Position numbers and translations under genes: made by a program | Origin: Myxococcota bacterium | GTDB lineage: Bacteria > Myxococcota_A > UBA9160 > SZUA-336 | Reading direction: 5' to 3' | Assembly: GCA_965247115.1 (NCBI GenBank) | Contig: CBDFGR010000002.1 | Span: 1,024,001 to 1,088,000 of the forward strand | Length of the DNA stretch: 64,000 nt | Notes under the pieces: model-generated | Seen by the model: the letters and a program-made list of their open reading frames with translations, nothing else | What the model was told of the DNA's origin: nothing | Database searches by the model: none | Shown: positions 62,581 to 64,000 of the stretch, in pieces | How positions within the stretch are numbered: position 1 is the first letter of the stretch | Layout of the letters: the number at the start of each line of letters is the position of its first letter

Positions 62581-62928
62581 TCAGCCGAGCGCGGGGGTGG
62601 CCGAGTCGCGGCCGGAGCGCAGCACGATCCCGGGGCGGGCATCCGTGAACGTCCCGTCCCGCACGATCTCGACCCCGTTCACCAGCACGTGGTCGATGCC
62701 CCGAGCCTCGCCGTAGAGGCGGCTCGCCCCGGCCGGGAGGTCCGCCCGCGTGTGGACGGGGCCGGGTCCGATCGAGTCCAGGTCGAACACGACCAGATCG
62801 ACGCAGAAACCGGGCTCGATCCGGCCGCGTCCGCGCAGACCGTAGAGCTGTGCCTGGACGTCGGTCAGCAAGTGAACTGCTTCTTCGAGCGAGAGCAGGG
62901 CGCGCTTTCGCACGGCCCCTTCCAGCAT
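62581..62928 (-). pseudogene. C-terminal fragment of an N-acyl-D-amino-acid deacylase-like amidohydrolase
   Basis: SLEEAVHLLT..A..YGL..RG.I..G..VDLVVFD, DLPAGASRL, VLVNG..RPG.VLR; the N-terminal catalytic barrel is missing. Confidence 0.8.
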
Positions 62929-62976
62929 CCCCGCAGGTACCCGCGCGTGTGGGCGACGCGGGCCGTCGGTTTCGGG

Positions 62977-64000
62977 CTATAAGTTCCGGAGATGCGGCAT
63001 GACCTCCGCGGCGAACAGCTGTTGCGTCTGTCGCGCCACCGGCTCGGGAATCCCGCGCGTGCGCATGACCATGGCGATGCGCCGCGCGCCCGTCGCAAGC
63101 AGACCCTCGCTGAGTTCGTCCAGGACGGTCTGCGGGGGACCGGCCACGGCGCCTGAAAGAAACGGAAGGATCTCCTTGGCCTCTGGCTCGGGCAGTCCCC
63201 TGCGGAGCAAGGCGTCCCAGGCGATCTCTCTCGCGCGATCCTGTGCGTCCTTGGCCTCCGCCTCGGAGGGCGCGATGATGATGGACGTCGCGACCATGAA
63301 GTTGGCAACCGAGAGCTGATGACCCGCGGCCTGTCCCGCTTCCACGTAACGTTCGAGTGTTCCGTCGGCCTCGCGAGAGAAAACACCGTACAGGTTCTGA
63401 CCCAGCCTCCCGACTTGCTCCACGACCTCGGGCCGCGTCGCAGGGATCCAGATACGACGCGACGCAGCGTCAAAGGGCTTGGGGTAGACCGTGGAAGGCG
63501 CGCTGATCGTCGTGTACCGCCCGTCGAAGGTGATCGAGTGCTCATGCAGAGCCCGAGTGAGCAGCTCGAGGCCCTCGTCGAAGCGCGCCTGTAGCTCGCT
63601 CTCTGCAGGGGTGTAGCGGGTTCGCTCGATGGAGAAGTTGCCTTTTCCCACACCGATCTCGGCGCGGCCGTTGCTCAGCATGTCGAGCATGCCCATCTCC
63701 TCGGCGAGCCGCCAGGGGCTATGGATGCTGAGCACGTGGACGGCCTGGCCGAGACGGATCCTCGAGGTCTCCCTCGCCACGGCAGCGAGGTAGACGTTCG
63801 GCGAGGGCACCACGGTCCACGCGTCGAAGTGGTGCTCTGTCGTAGCCAGGCCATCAAAGCCGAGCTGCTCTGCCTCGATAGCGTCTTCGATCAAGCCCTC
63901 GAGGGTCGCGCGCGCAGCTGCTGGATCGTAAGCCTCCGGCTCCCACGCACCCTCATACGGAAGGCCGTCGAAGCGAATGAACTTCGTGATCTCCGGCTCC
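62977..64000 (-). CDS. LLM-class flavin-dependent oxidoreductase (start lies beyond the right edge)
   Basis: AEQLGFDGLATTEHHF, ARETSRIRLG, PWRLAEEMGMLDMLSNGR; the frame stays open to position 64000. Confidence 0.9.
   Translation of the reverse strand, partial: EPEITKFIRFDGLPYEGAWEPEAYDPAAARATLEGLIEDAIEAEQLGFDGLATTEHHFDAWTVVPSPNVYLAAVARETSRIRLGQAVHVLSIHSPWRLAEEMGMLDMLSNGRAEIGVGKGNFSIERTRYTPAESELQARFDEGLELLTRALHEHSITFDGRYTTISAPSTVYPKPFDAASRRIWIPATRPEVVEQVGRLGQNLYGVFSREADGTLERYVEAGQAAGHQLSVANFMVATSIIIAPSEAEAKDAQDRAREIAWDALLRRGLPEPEAKEILPFLSGAVAGPPQTVLDELSEGLLATGARRIAMVMRTRGIPEPVARQTQQLFAAEVMPHLRNL

Overview
GC-rich bacterial chromosomal segment, most likely from a Myxococcota-like deltaproteobacterium (inferred from the Dif-type chemosensory cluster, gene content and gene order). 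Positions 1-55650 are mostly core genes: polA 5' end, UDPGP, acpP, cysK, rnhB, lpxD, ccsA-hemA-hemC-cobA/hemD-hemB, trxA, mreBCD-mrdA-rodA, ppiD, a sigma70-family factor, lexA-queD-queD-folE, CIRCE-groESL, larBC, an MCP-cheW-cheY-cheA-cheC cluster, thiL, lon, hemW-hrcA-grpE-dnaK-dnaJ, an M16 peptidase, a cyclophilin and tRNA-Phe. Downstream of the tRNA (55650-64000) is a mosaic accessory region with several gene remnants, a ~90-bp direct repeat pair and a half attC-like site. Four observations stand out. (1) A 71-aa protein at 32930-33145 aligns colinearly with archaeal HMf-type histones. (2) A seven-copy multi-hairpin repeat family shows compensatory base changes and an invariant kink-turn consensus, and one copy sits in frame inside cheW. 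(3) cheA is split at an A7 slippery site with an upstream SD-like motif and downstream hairpins, and cheC is frameshifted in a C6 tract. (4) There is a tandem QueD/PTPS pair in which one member lacks the catalytic residues. All calls were made by eye from the sequence and the supplied translations; no database searches were run.
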